The notes: generated by a model not told the origin, from the sequence alone. Positions 28,821 to 38,736 are shown, numbered from the stretch's first letter. The stretch: 64,000 nucleotides of DNA from Candidatus Omnitrophota bacterium (GCA_945877765.1 CAMDWQ010000004.1:44558-108557); one strand, 5' to 3'. Numbers and translations: made by a program.

Positions 28821-29738
28821 TTAGACTTTTTCAGAGACGTTGTTGCCCATAATCCCCGAGGGCTTGAAAAGCAGAACCGCGCCCAAAAGTAAAAAGGCAA
28901 ATACATCTTTCCATTCCGATGAAATATAGCCAGCTCCCAGACCTTCAAAGACCCCCAAAAGAATCCCGCCAACCATCGCCCCCGGAATCGAACCAATTCC
29001 GCCGAACACAGCCGCCGTAAACGCCTTAAGCCCCGCCAGATACCCGTCATGAAAATTGATACTGCCATAATTTAAAGCGAATAAAGACCCTCCCACCGCT
29101 GCCAGCGCCGATCCCAAAATAAAGGTAGCGGCAATAATCCGGTTAGGCGAAATTCCCACCAACTGCGCTGCCTCTGGATTTTCGGACACCGCACGCATCG
29201 CTTTTCCGGTCTTGGTATTTTTTACAAACCAGGTCAAAAAGAACATCAGCCCAATAGACACACTAAAAATTAAAATTTGAATCAGGGAAACTGAAATTGC
29301 TCCGATTTTTAATCGCGTCATAGGAACAATATCGGGAATACTCTGCTCTTTGGAGCCATAAATTAACATCACGGCATTCTGCAGAAAAAAAGAAACTCCA
29401 ATAGAAGTAATCAAGGCGGTTAATTTTGGCGATCGCCTCAAAGGTCGGTAAGCAATTTTTTCAATCAGAGCACCTAGAATCGAAGCGCCCGCCATGGAAA
29501 ATAGAATCAAAAATAGAAGGGTTAATCCAAAAGGAATGCCAGGAAAAAAAGAAGCGGCGAGCCAAATCGCGGTGAGCGCAAGATATGCCCCCACCATAAA
29601 CACTTCTCCATGCGCAAAATTAATCAGCCCAATGACACCGTAAACCATCGTGTATCCCAGCGCAATCAGCGCATAGACCATCCCGATGGTCAGGCCGTTT
29701 AGAAGCTGGTTTAGGAATAAATTAAGCGCGGCGCTCAT
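28821..29738 (-). CDS. livH: Branched-chain amino acid ABC permease LivH
   Basis: 305 aa polytopic permease. Confidence 0.8.
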   Translation of the reverse strand: MSAALNLFLNQLLNGLTIGMVYALIALGYTMVYGVIGLINFAHGEVFMVGAYLALTAIWLAASFFPGIPFGLTLLFLILFSMAGASILGALIEKIAYRPLRRSPKLTALITSIGVSFFLQNAVMLIYGSKEQSIPDIVPMTRLKIGAISVSLIQILIFSVSIGLMFFLTWFVKNTKTGKAMRAVSENPEAAQLVGISPNRIIAATFILGSALAAVGGSLFALNYGSINFHDGYLAGLKAFTAAVFGGIGSIPGAMVGGILLGVFEGLGAGYISSEWKDVFAFLLLGAVLLFKPSGIMGNNVSEKV

Positions 29739-29744
29739 GCACAG

Positions 29745-30878
29745 CTAGGCTTTAGCTTCCTGGAGAAAAACAAATTTTCCGTCCTCAACTTTATAAACGC
29801 CCACGCTTTTTCCAATCGCGTCCCCGTTTTTGTCAAAATTAATGACACCTAAAATCCCGGGATAATCTTTCATCGCTTTGATTTGAGCCAACACCGCTTG
29901 GCGGTCATTTTTTCCGGCACGACGGATAGCCTCTATCAACACATTCATCGCCTCATAGCCATAGGCGGAAAAAGAACCTATTTCTCCGTAACGCGCCTCG
30001 TACCGCGTCACAAAATCCCGAGCCTCGGGAATCGAATGAGGATCTACCCCCAGCATCGTGGCATAAATACCGGTGGCCAGCGGCGGCGTAATCAGCTTGA
30101 TCAGAGTCACGTCAAAAATGCCATCCCCGCCCATCCAGAGGGCCTCAAGCCCCATCTTTTTCGCCTGCCGCACCAGAAGGGCCATCTCAGGATACACTCC
30201 GCCAAAATAAACAAGCTCTGGCCCCAGCGACTGGACCTTTGCCAAAAGCGGCGCAAAATCTTTCTCTCCCTGCGTAATTCCGTCATGACTAAGCACCGTG
30301 CCGCCAAGTGCTTTGAATTCCTTTTCAAAAACGGTCGCCAGTCCCACACCGTACGTCGTTTTATCATCAATGATCGCTATTTTTTTTACACCCAGCTCTT
30401 TGGCGGCGAATCTGGCGGCGGCGGGCGCTTGAACATCATCTGTTGCGCAAATCCTGAAAAAAGTATCAAAACCCTGACGTGAAATTTCAGGGTTCGTGGA
30501 TGCAGGTGTAATTTGAGCCATGCGGCCTTCATGATAAATCGTCGAGGCTGGCTTGGTGCAACTGGAATTAAAATGTCCAATGACTCCAACCACCTGGGGA
30601 TCAGCGATTAATTTGTTGGCCATCAAAACCGCCTGAGTGGGGTTACTTTGGTCGTCCACCGCCACTAGGCTTAGCTTCGTATTTCCAAATACAGGTCCTT
30701 TGACGTTGGCGTCTTCTACCGCCATTTGAGCTCCCTGCATCATGCCGATGCCAATATAAGCCTGAGGACCCGTCAGAGGCGCCGCAGCACCCACCGAAAT
30801 AGTTTCTTTTTTATCCTCAAAACCGCAGAAAAAAAAGACACTAGAAAATAGTAAGAAAAAAACCGCTTTTTTTGACAT
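29745..30878 (-). CDS. livK: Branched-chain amino acid ABC substrate-binding protein (LivK/LivJ-like)
   Basis: Type I periplasmic binding-protein fold pattern. Start trimmed to MSKKAVFFLL, a signal peptide. Confidence 0.8.
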   Translation of the reverse strand: MSKKAVFFLLFSSVFFFCGFEDKKETISVGAAAPLTGPQAYIGIGMMQGAQMAVEDANVKGPVFGNTKLSLVAVDDQSNPTQAVLMANKLIADPQVVGVIGHFNSSCTKPASTIYHEGRMAQITPASTNPEISRQGFDTFFRICATDDVQAPAAARFAAKELGVKKIAIIDDKTTYGVGLATVFEKEFKALGGTVLSHDGITQGEKDFAPLLAKVQSLGPELVYFGGVYPEMALLVRQAKKMGLEALWMGGDGIFDVTLIKLITPPLATGIYATMLGVDPHSIPEARDFVTRYEARYGEIGSFSAYGYEAMNVLIEAIRRAGKNDRQAVLAQIKAMKDYPGILGVINFDKNGDAIGKSVGVYKVEDGKFVFLQEAKA

Positions 30879-30892
30879 TGACTGTCTCCTGT

Positions 30893-30927
30893 GAAAAAAA
30901 ACCCCCGCCAACGATCTTTGGCGGGGG
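30893..30927 (-). terminator. Intrinsic terminator downstream of the lipoprotein gene and upstream of livK
   Basis: Minus-strand RNA forms CCCCCGCCAA-agaucg-UUGGCGGGGG followed by a U9 run. Confidence 0.65.
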
Positions 30928-30961
30928 CTAAAAGAATAGACTCTTGATGAACGACTGACGA

Positions 30962-31477
30962 TTACTGATTGCCTGCAGTAGTCTCAACTGTAGAAACAGC
31001 TTCTGACGTGGCACCGCTAAGATTTGCGGACAAAGCGGCCCAAGTTTTGGGACCTACTTTTCCGTCAGCCTTCAAACCATTCTGCGTCTGGAATTCCTCG
31101 ATGGCTTTTTTGGAAGCGGGACCAAGCTTTCCATCGATTTTACCGTTGTAAAGCCCTGCATTTTTAAGAGCGGTCTGAATCTCCTGATCACGAGTGCGAT
31201 CTTTAGCGATAGCAACAATCTCATTCCCTATCGCCGTAACGTTCGCTACCGACTGTGTCACAGGAGATGTCTCAATGGGAAGCGCTTCCACCGAGGAAGA
31301 AGTAGACATGGCCTGCGGAAGTTGGGCGAGCTCTTCGCTAGTGGTGGCCGGGGTCGCCGTTGCAGAATCAAAACCTGTCGAGGAGATATTCATCTGTTCA
31401 CTGGATTTCTTCGCACAACCTGCCACAAAAAAACAGCTTGTCAACAAAAGCAGCCACACCAATTTCCTATCGCTCAT
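30962..31477 (-). CDS. Lipoprotein with C-terminal peptidoglycan-binding domain (paralog of 13719..14156)
   Basis: Lipobox VAGCA. S/T-rich linker. C-terminal IQTALKNAGLYNGKIDGKLGPASKKAIEEFQTQNGLKADGKVGPKTWAAL. Confidence 0.65.
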   Translation of the reverse strand: MSDRKLVWLLLLTSCFFVAGCAKKSSEQMNISSTGFDSATATPATTSEELAQLPQAMSTSSSVEALPIETSPVTQSVANVTAIGNEIVAIAKDRTRDQEIQTALKNAGLYNGKIDGKLGPASKKAIEEFQTQNGLKADGKVGPKTWAALSANLSGATSEAVSTVETTAGNQ

Positions 31478-31670
31478 GTCCTTTGTCCCTTTTTCAAATT
31501 AGGTAGATTAAAATTAATATTTTGCAGCGGTAGAATTCCGTCAAACAGACTGAACTCAAGCATGGAAAGTTACTATACACGCCGCCCTGAAACTTGTCAA
31601 CAATGAGAGACGCAAGCGGGAATATGATTGACAAATAAAGGATTTAGCTCAAAATAGTGACCTTGATCTT

Positions 31671-31743
31671 GGCCCCATCGTCTAGTGGCCTAGGACACTA
31701 CCCTCTCACGGTAGGGACACGGGTTCGACTCCCGTTGGGGCTA
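31671..31743 (+). tRNA. tRNA-Glu (anticodon CUC)
   Basis: Cloverleaf folded by hand. Acceptor GGCCCCA/TGGGGCT, anticodon loop CUCUCAC, T-arm ACGGG-TTCGACT-CCCGT. Close to the E. coli tRNA-Glu backbone. CCA is not encoded. Confidence 0.85.
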
Positions 31744-32024
31744 TGGTTCGACGCGGCCTCCGGCCTTGCTCACCATTCTGGTTTTTTGAAGCGTAGGTCG
31801 CTGATGACATTTCTGGTAGCAGCCCACCTCTAATTACCAAGTAGCCCTAACTCCCTACAAGCTCGGAGCGTGTTTTAGACTTATCACATACTGTGATAAG
31901 TTCCGGTCGTGCTCTTAATTAACACTAGGCTTGAATAATTAGCATCAAACATGGTATGCTTTGGCTACTACTTCCCTCTAGTTGCTTGCGATTAGGGGGC
32001 CCGAGCCAGGCCTAAAAACCTGGC

Positions 32025-32657
32025 TCAACCTGTTTCTAGGATGCAGTTATTAATGTTCGCTCTGGTAATCTGAATAAACCCCGCCTCTTCACATTGATTC
32101 CGCAGAGCCATTGCATTTCTAAATGAGTTATTCACGTAGGAAATACTGACTTTCTTGCCAGGACAACTCAAGGCTATTCGGATAGCCGGAGCAAAGTCTT
32201 GATCCTCTGTCACAAGGATGGCGTGATCAAAGTTGCCTTGAAACGCATCCCTGACTAATCGAACAGCTAAACCAACATCTCCGCCTTTTTCGACGGGCCT
32301 AGTCCAGACGAGACTGGCGACTAATTTCTGAACACTGGGATTCAAGCCTGAAAGAATATACTGAGGCACCCTCATTTTGTCGATGCGATAGTGGCCTCTT
32401 ATGTGGACAATCTGCTTGCTCTGAGTGTATTTGTGCAAATAACCGAAGAAGCTTTGCTGTCTGCGAAAAGTTTCCAATTGAAAGGAGGTTTCTGGATAAG
32501 GGGTTTCTGCGTAATAAATCTTTTCGATCCTTTGAATACGGTCATCTATCAAAAAACCGGCCAATTTGAATGGATCAAGCCAAATTCTTTTTCTAAGAGT
32601 TTCGCCAACTGCTCCCAGGAGATTTGGGCCATCAATGTATACATTTACTTTTTCCAT
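32025..32657 (-). CDS. NYN-domain (LabA-like) protein, predicted RNase
   Basis: N-terminal VNVYIDGPNL. Later VTEDQDF acidic motif. Confidence 0.6.
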   Translation of the reverse strand: MEKVNVYIDGPNLLGAVGETLRKRIWLDPFKLAGFLIDDRIQRIEKIYYAETPYPETSFQLETFRRQQSFFGYLHKYTQSKQIVHIRGHYRIDKMRVPQYILSGLNPSVQKLVASLVWTRPVEKGGDVGLAVRLVRDAFQGNFDHAILVTEDQDFAPAIRIALSCPGKKVSISYVNNSFRNAMALRNQCEEAGFIQITRANINNCILETG

Positions 32658-32895
32658 GATTCTGTCATTTTATGCCTCACCTGACTTAGCGTCAATTTCT
32701 AAAAACATGAAAACCTCCGAGATCTCTCAAACCTACCCCTAATCTTTCATTATCTTTCATTCATTACCCATAAACCGTGTTCTAAGTCCATAGGGGAGTT
32801 AAAAAGCCCTTTTTGATTTTGTTGACATCCGGGCAATATATGCTATTTTAGATATATATTAATGTTAGTCGTATATAATTTTGAGGGTACTATTG

Positions 32896-33693
32896 ATGAC
32901 TAAAAATACATTGAGTTCTCTGAGTAAGACGGAAGTGGGGCTTATAGCCCGCCTATCGTACGAGGAGAAGGAAATCGTAACAGCACGGGAGATGGACACC
33001 TATTTGCCGTCCGGCTTTCCCTATCGGAACCAGCTGGTTTATAGCTTAAAAAAGAAGAGAGTGCTGATTCCCATAAAAAGCGGCGTTTACATATTCGTGC
33101 CTTTCGATGCCATCTCAACTGGTCGCCGGGTCAATGAATTCCTGATTCCAAAGGTCTTTTTCCCGAAAAACGACTATTACATCGGCTATTCGACGATGTT
33201 TAATTATTACAACTTCACGGATCAGCAGTTTCAAACGGTGTATGTGCTGAACCCCAGAATCTCCCGCGAGAGGACGATCGCCGGGGTTAATTTTAAATTC
33301 ATGAAAATTCCTTCTGAGAGAATGTACGGATTGGAAAAAATAACCATCAAGGGCAAGGAAGCCGTCGTCAGCTCAAAAGAAAGAACCCTGATCGACCTGA
33401 TTTATTACAACCAGCCGGTTGGGGGCATCGACGCGGCGTCCGAGATATTGGAACAATTCGTCAAAGAGAAAAAATGCGACATTAAAAAACTGATCGATCT
33501 TGCCGTCCGGTTTCCGAAGATCAAAACCCGCAAGCGGATCGGGATCGCCCTCGAAGAAGCAGGCATTCCAAACGCCGCCTTAAAAGCGCTTGAAAAGAGT
33601 GTCAAAGGCACGGCGCTCATTTCTTTTTCCAAGTCGAGGAAAGGCACGATGAACGAAAGATGGGGCGCGATTGTCCAAAATTCACGAGGATAA
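32896..33693 (+). CDS. AbiEi-like antitoxin / transcriptional regulator (type IV TA, abortive infection)
   Basis: Sits directly upstream of, and overlapping, an AbiEii-family gene. N-terminal winged-helix-like region. Start taken at ATG 32896; the ORF track uses TTG 32881. Confidence 0.55.
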   Translation: MTKNTLSSLSKTEVGLIARLSYEEKEIVTAREMDTYLPSGFPYRNQLVYSLKKKRVLIPIKSGVYIFVPFDAISTGRRVNEFLIPKVFFPKNDYYIGYSTMFNYYNFTDQQFQTVYVLNPRISRERTIAGVNFKFMKIPSERMYGLEKITIKGKEAVVSSKERTLIDLIYYNQPVGGIDAASEILEQFVKEKKCDIKKLIDLAVRFPKIKTRKRIGIALEEAGIPNAALKALEKSVKGTALISFSKSRKGTMNERWGAIVQNSRG

Positions 33694-34552
33694 AGAAAGA
33701 TTTATGAGGCTGGTTGATCAGATCGCATCCCAGACCGGCTTTTATACGCCGCTCATGGAAAAGGATTATTATCTGACCCTCATCCTTTCCCGCGTTCACG
33801 AGCTGTCGGAGAACCTCATATTCAAGGGCGGCACCTGTCTCAACAAAATTTATTACGCCTACTACCGCTTGAGTGAAGATTTGGATTTCAGCATGCGTTT
33901 GCCGGAACCCGTGACTCGCGGCAATCGGCGTAAATCCATGGAACATATCAAAGACAAGATTGAAGGATTCGCCGCGCAATTCGGTATGCAAGTCGACAAC
34001 AAAGAAAAGGCAGGTCGCAACGAGAACAAGCAGTATGTCTATTATTTTTCGTATGACTCGGTCGTTCAACCGACCCGGCAGACCATCAAGTTTGAAATAG
34101 GCCTCAGGTTCAACCCGATTGCTCCCACCGAGAACAAGCCCATTCAGCACAAATTTATCCATCCTTTTACCAAAGAGCCGCTATTTGAAGGCGGACAGAT
34201 CGTATGTCTTTCTTTAAAAGAAGCCGTCAGCGAGAAGATGCGTGCGGCGGCGCTGAGAAAGGTCATCGCGCCGAGAGACTTCTACGATCTCAATTTCATC
34301 TTAAAAAAGGGCTTCAACTTGGCAGACAAAGAGGTCGCAGAGCTTTTTAAGCAGAAACTCACCGAAGACGAAGGCGACACGAATCTCAATAAATATCATG
34401 TAAATATGGGCCGAACGGAAGCAGAGATTAAAGATATGATCTCGCGTATTGAGACAGAGTTGTTCGAGGTGTTGACGCTTGACGAACGCAAGAATTTCGA
34501 GCTGGACGCGGCTCTTTCGAGGATCAACAAGGCCATGGGTGGGGTCCTATAG
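33671..34552 (+). CDS. AbiEii/AbiGii-family nucleotidyltransferase toxin (DUF1814)
   Basis: FKGGTCLNKIYYAYYRLSEDLDFS matches the AbiEii GG..L......RFSEDIDF core. An alternative start is ATG 33704. Confidence 0.75.
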   Translation: MSKIHEDKERFMRLVDQIASQTGFYTPLMEKDYYLTLILSRVHELSENLIFKGGTCLNKIYYAYYRLSEDLDFSMRLPEPVTRGNRRKSMEHIKDKIEGFAAQFGMQVDNKEKAGRNENKQYVYYFSYDSVVQPTRQTIKFEIGLRFNPIAPTENKPIQHKFIHPFTKEPLFEGGQIVCLSLKEAVSEKMRAAALRKVIAPRDFYDLNFILKKGFNLADKEVAELFKQKLTEDEGDTNLNKYHVNMGRTEAEIKDMISRIETELFEVLTLDERKNFELDAALSRINKAMGGVL

Positions 34553-34757
34553 ATCATGCGTGGTTAGCAAATATGCCAACAAACATAAACGGGTCAGCTC
34601 ACTTAATTCACCTCCACAAACTTTTTTTTCTTCGTCCTAGCTTCCCTTTCTTCAAGGGTCTTGAGGATGGCTGGTCAATAATTAAGTATAGTGTCCCCGG
34701 AATCGTTGATTAGCGGCGGGAATGGGATCGATTAATTTACGGGTGACAAGACGATTG

Positions 34758-35192
34758 TTAAGCGGCGGCACCGATGGCGGTAAGGGCTCTCTGGGTGAAG
34801 GCCAGGATCTGATTGAGAGTCATCAGCTCGTAAGCGATCGTGTAGGGGTCATATTTAACCTTGGGGTCAAAGTTTTGCAGTCTTCTGGTAACAATGGCAA
34901 CCTGTTCAGAATTTAATAATTCCGCGCGAGCTCCGGGTAGCATCGTCCTGAAAAAGCTGACCACCATATCTGAGCGGTTAATATCTTTAATCTTGTCGGC
35001 AATGATCCTGGCTTTAATGCGCCCGAATGAGAACACACCGCCGTTGGTAAATTCAACCTCCTTACCTGCTCCGGTAAACACTGGTTGGGGTGCCACGGTG
35101 ATACCCAGATTTTCCAAGATCCTGAGAATAACATTATTATCATCATCACCGGCTTGATCAAAGAGAACTCGGAGTTGTTTTTCAAAGTCCAT
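34758..35192 (-). CDS. Hypothetical protein (unknown family) inside the TA/Abi islet
   Basis: 144 aa from MDFEKQL. The ORF track extends to an upstream TTG at 35225. No recognisable motif. Shares a 210-bp divergent intergenic region with dinJ. Confidence 0.35.
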   Translation of the reverse strand: MDFEKQLRVLFDQAGDDDNNVILRILENLGITVAPQPVFTGAGKEVEFTNGGVFSFGRIKARIIADKIKDINRSDMVVSFFRTMLPGARAELLNSEQVAIVTRRLQNFDPKVKYDPYTIAYELMTLNQILAFTQRALTAIGAAA

Positions 35193-35346
35193 TTTCGCGG
35201 CTGTGTAGTCAGTTCCCTTTTTCAAAATCAGATTTACTTTGATTGGCTCACCGCTTAATACACGCGTTCTTATTTCATCGATCTGGTTGTTGATTTTGGC
35301 AGATTCAAGTCTTTTGTATAAATTATTTGCTCACCATTTTGAACCC

Positions 35347-35375
35347 TTGCATTAGTACCCTAAATGGGGTACACT
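35347..35375 (+). promoter_or_regulatory. Candidate sigma70 promoter (TTGCAT-17-TACACT) with the palindrome GTACCC-N6-GGGTAC embedded in the spacer, upstream of dinJ-yafQ
   Basis: Read directly. The palindrome spans 35355..35372. RBS AAGGAGAT lies 8 nt before the ATG at 35403. Confidence 0.4.
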
Positions 35376-35402
35376 TTTATCAAAGACAAGGAGATAAACA
35401 TT

Positions 35403-35663
35403 ATGGCTAAATCAGCAATGATTCGCGCAAGGACTGAGCCTGGCCTGAAGGCCGAGGTAGATAAGATTTTTCATAAATTGGGGCTTTCGTGTTCTGAGGC
35501 GATCAATTTATTTTTTGCTCAAGTTACGTTACGAAAAGGAATTCCTTTTGATGTGGAAATTCCTAATAAAACCACTATGAAGGTGATAAAAGACATGCGC
35601 GCCAAGCGTGGTCTTAAAAAAGCAAAAAATGTCGCTGATCTTTTCAAAGAACTCGGGATTTAG
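35403..35663 (+). CDS. dinJ: Type II antitoxin, RelB/DinJ family
   Basis: MAKSAMIRARTEPGLKAEVDKIF...SEAINLFFAQV resembles DinJ. Confidence 0.75.
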   Translation: MAKSAMIRARTEPGLKAEVDKIFHKLGLSCSEAINLFFAQVTLRKGIPFDVEIPNKTTMKVIKDMRAKRGLKKAKNVADLFKELGI

Positions 35664-35666
35664 TGG

Positions 35667-35936
35667 GTGAGAGAGGCTTATTATTTCAAACAGTTTCAAA
35701 GGGATGTTAAGCTCCAGAAAAAGCGTGGCAAGAATCTTGAAAAATTAAAAATAATTATCGAGCATCTTATTGAGGAAAAACCTCTACCAGAAAAGACCCG
35801 AGATCATATCCTTGTTGGAAATTTTGCAGGATGCCGAGAATGTCACATTGAGCCTGATTGGTTGCTCATTTACCAGCTAGAAGAAATGAGGGTCTATTTT
35901 ATGCGCACCGGCACTCATTCGGATCTTTTCGGTTAA
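35667..35936 (+). CDS. yafQ: Type II toxin, YafQ family (RelE/ParE superfamily mRNA interferase)
   Basis: KQFQRDVKLQKKRGKNLEKL ... GNFAGCRECHIEPDWLLIYQ closely matches the YafQ core. GTG start 3 nt after the dinJ stop. Confidence 0.75.
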   Translation: MREAYYFKQFQRDVKLQKKRGKNLEKLKIIIEHLIEEKPLPEKTRDHILVGNFAGCRECHIEPDWLLIYQLEEMRVYFMRTGTHSDLFG

Positions 35937-35949
35937 CAAAAAAGGATTT

Positions 35950-38736
35950 GTGATGGGCTCTACGAAAGCTTCCGCTTCAAAAAACAAGCTATGGCAATTT
36001 ATTGACGATCAGGGATCCTTTCGCGTTGAGTCTCCTGAGGCAACCAGTCGGCTTTATTTTCCGCTGGCTAACGAAGCGGGCATCCTCTCGGGAATCACAC
36101 CCGACCTCCACGGCGATATCAAAACAAGCCACAATTCGTTTCTGACCCAGCCGGTGACTATTGAAAGCCTTCACAATTCTAAAACCACACGAAATTTCTG
36201 GGCCTACATTGAAAATAACGGCACCAGCAATCAACGCGCTGCCGGGCAAGTCTGGTCGTTAACAGGCGTCTCCGCGGTCCAGCAGGCTAAAAAGTTTCTT
36301 CATCAAGATAAGGAAAAAGTCACCCTAGAGGCTGGCATGCTTTGGCATACGGTCCGACGGGAAAATCGAACTCTGGGCCTGTGTTCTGAAATTACCAATT
36401 TCGCGCCCGCCGATTCCCAAGATACGCTTGAAATCATGATGGTGAGTCTCACGAATACCGGTTCATCCAAACTAAAAATTACCCCCACCTCCGCCGTTCC
36501 TATTTTTGCCCGTTCGGCGGATAATCTTCGCGATCACTCTCACGTCACTTCCCTGCTTCACCGGATTGTACGCCATCCCGCGGGAGTGCTGGTAAAGCCG
36601 ACGATGTCCTTTGACGAACGAGGACATAAACTCAATGAGACGATTTACTGCGCCCTTGGTTTTGGAAAAAATGGCGAACTGCCCGTCGGTGCCTTCTCAA
36701 CGGTACCCGATTTTGTTGGCGAAGGCGGTAACTTTGAAGCCCCGCAAGCCGTCATCGAAAATCTAGAACCACCTCAAAAAGACTCCGACAGCTTCCAAGG
36801 AAAATCCGCCATGAGCGCTTTGCGCTTTAAAACCGCCACCCTCGCTCCGGGACAGAAAATGCAGTTTGTTTTGTTTTTGGGCATCGCCAAAAAAGAATCT
36901 GAGATCGAAGACTGGATTAAAAAATATGGCGATTGGCAAAAAGCTGAAACTGCTCTAAAAAACAATAAAGTATTCTGGGCTAGAAAAGTAGATGTCTTAA
37001 AATTTAATACGCACAACCCCTCCTATGACGGCTGGCTTCGTTGGGTTTCGCTTCAACCAACCCTTCGCAAAATCTTCGGCTGTTCTTTCTTGCCGGATTT
37101 CGACTATGGCCGAGGCGGGCGCGGCTGGCGGGATCTCTGGCAGGATTGTCTAGCGCTCCTTTTGACCGCCCCTTTAGAAACAAAAAAAATGCTTGTTTAT
37201 AATTTTGGCGGTGTCCGTATCGATGGCTCCAATGCCACCATCATTGGGCGCGGTGAGTTTATCGCCGACCGTAACAAAATCACCCGCATTTGGATGGACC
37301 ACGGAGTCTGGCCCTTTCTCACCATCGAACTCTACATCCATCAGACCGGTGATTTAAATATCCTGTTTGAGCAAGCGCCCTACTTCCGTGACATGCAACT
37401 GTCGCGCACTCAAAAAAAGGACCTTTCTTGGAGCGAGGCTAACGGCAATCAGCTTCAAACGAAATCTGGAAAAAAAGCCTCCGGCTCTCTGCTGGAGCAT
37501 ATTCTGATTCAAAACCTCGTTCAGTTTTTTAACGTCGGCGAACACAATCACATCCGCCTGGAAGGTGCCGACTGGAATGACGGCTTGGACATGGCTTATG
37601 AGCGAGGCGAAAGTGTGGCTTTTACAACTCTTTACAGCGCCAATCTCAAGAAATTGGCAGGCCTTCTTGAGATTCTAGAGAAAACGAAAGGCATTAAGAC
37701 AGTGTCGCTGGCTAAAGAAATTCTTCTTCTTTTGGACAGGGTCGGCAACACCAGAGTCAATTACAGTTCCGTCGTTGCCAAACAAAAACGACTGCATCTT
37801 TATTTTGAGTCTGTCGAGCCTAGGGTTTCGGGTAAAAAAATAGACGTACCGATCGCCCAAATCTTAAAAGACTTAAGAGAAAAAAGTAGCTTCATTGCTG
37901 GGCATGTCCGGCAAACAGAATGGCTTCAGATTTCACCAAAGGTCGGATTTTTTAACGGCTACTACGATAACCATGGCCGTCGCGTCGAAGGCGTTTTTCC
38001 TAAAGGCGTGCGCATGACTTTGGCCGGCCAAACCTTCCCCGTAATGAGCGGCGTAGCCACTTCCGAACAAGTGCGTGAAATATTTTTTAGCGTAAAAAAA
38101 TATTTACAAGATCCCGGTCTTGGCGGATTTCGCCTCAACACCAACTTTCATGAGATCCGGCTCGATCTTGGCAGAGCGTTTTCGTTTGCCTACGGTGAAA
38201 AAGAAAATGGCGCCTTCTTTAGCCACATGATCGTTATGTTTGCCAACGCACTCTACCAAAGAGGTTTTGTTTGCGAAGGTCACGAAGTGCTTAACTCCAT
38301 CTTTCGTATGTGTCTGCGTACGGATAAAAGTAAAATCTATCCCGGAGTGCCAGAGTACTTTAATTCGGACGGCCGCGGTTTTTACCACTATCTGACGGGT
38401 TCGGCTAGTTGGCTCATCTTGACCGTAGTAACCCAAGTTTTTGGTGTGCGCGGGCATTTAGGAGACCTACTTCTAGCGCCAAAGCTGACCCAGGGAGAAT
38501 TTCACCAGAAGAATGAAGTGTCGATTGAGACTTACTACCAAGGGCGGCGAATCAAAGTCATCTATCGCAATCCTAAGAGAATTGCTTACGAGCATTATTG
38601 TGTTACACGGGTCACTCTTAACGGAAAAGATTTGAAAGGGCTTCTACTAAATCAGAAAGAAGTTCTCATTCCTAAAACTGTGTTTATTAAAAATTCGAGA
38701 AACTCCGAGAACACAATTATTGTCTGGCTGGATTAA
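35950..38736 (+). CDS. Large GH94-like (alpha/alpha)6-barrel glycoside phosphorylase/hydrolase family protein
   Basis: 928 aa. GRGGRGWRDLWQD aligns with the CBP-type GRGMGFRDSNQD motif. EGADWNDGLDMA aligns with the catalytic (H)ADWND(C)LN segment. No signal peptide. Confidence 0.55.
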   Translation: MMGSTKASASKNKLWQFIDDQGSFRVESPEATSRLYFPLANEAGILSGITPDLHGDIKTSHNSFLTQPVTIESLHNSKTTRNFWAYIENNGTSNQRAAGQVWSLTGVSAVQQAKKFLHQDKEKVTLEAGMLWHTVRRENRTLGLCSEITNFAPADSQDTLEIMMVSLTNTGSSKLKITPTSAVPIFARSADNLRDHSHVTSLLHRIVRHPAGVLVKPTMSFDERGHKLNETIYCALGFGKNGELPVGAFSTVPDFVGEGGNFEAPQAVIENLEPPQKDSDSFQGKSAMSALRFKTATLAPGQKMQFVLFLGIAKKESEIEDWIKKYGDWQKAETALKNNKVFWARKVDVLKFNTHNPSYDGWLRWVSLQPTLRKIFGCSFLPDFDYGRGGRGWRDLWQDCLALLLTAPLETKKMLVYNFGGVRIDGSNATIIGRGEFIADRNKITRIWMDHGVWPFLTIELYIHQTGDLNILFEQAPYFRDMQLSRTQKKDLSWSEANGNQLQTKSGKKASGSLLEHILIQNLVQFFNVGEHNHIRLEGADWNDGLDMAYERGESVAFTTLYSANLKKLAGLLEILEKTKGIKTVSLAKEILLLLDRVGNTRVNYSSVVAKQKRLHLYFESVEPRVSGKKIDVPIAQILKDLREKSSFIAGHVRQTEWLQISPKVGFFNGYYDNHGRRVEGVFPKGVRMTLAGQTFPVMSGVATSEQVREIFFSVKKYLQDPGLGGFRLNTNFHEIRLDLGRAFSFAYGEKENGAFFSHMIVMFANALYQRGFVCEGHEVLNSIFRMCLRTDKSKIYPGVPEYFNSDGRGFYHYLTGSASWLILTVVTQVFGVRGHLGDLLLAPKLTQGEFHQKNEVSIETYYQGRRIKVIYRNPKRIAYEHYCVTRVTLNGKDLKGLLLNQKEVLIPKTVFIKNSRNSENTIIVWLD

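Noticed and set aside
29883-30482. 199-aa plus-strand ORF inside livK
   Set aside because: Antisense to a well-supported solute-binding protein gene. Arg-rich translation typical of GC-rich antisense frames.
31744-32024. Integrase, or attL/attR direct repeat of the tRNA-Glu 3' end flanking the islet
   Set aside because: No tyrosine-recombinase ORF lies between the tRNA and the NYN gene. I could not find a copy of the tRNA 3' segment (TTCGACTCCCGTTGGGGCTA) elsewhere in the window by eye. Left as an unconfirmed decayed island.
33617-34162. 181-aa ORF antisense to AbiEii
   Set aside because: It is fully embedded opposite a well-supported AbiEii gene and has no motif or RBS. Typical shadow ORF.
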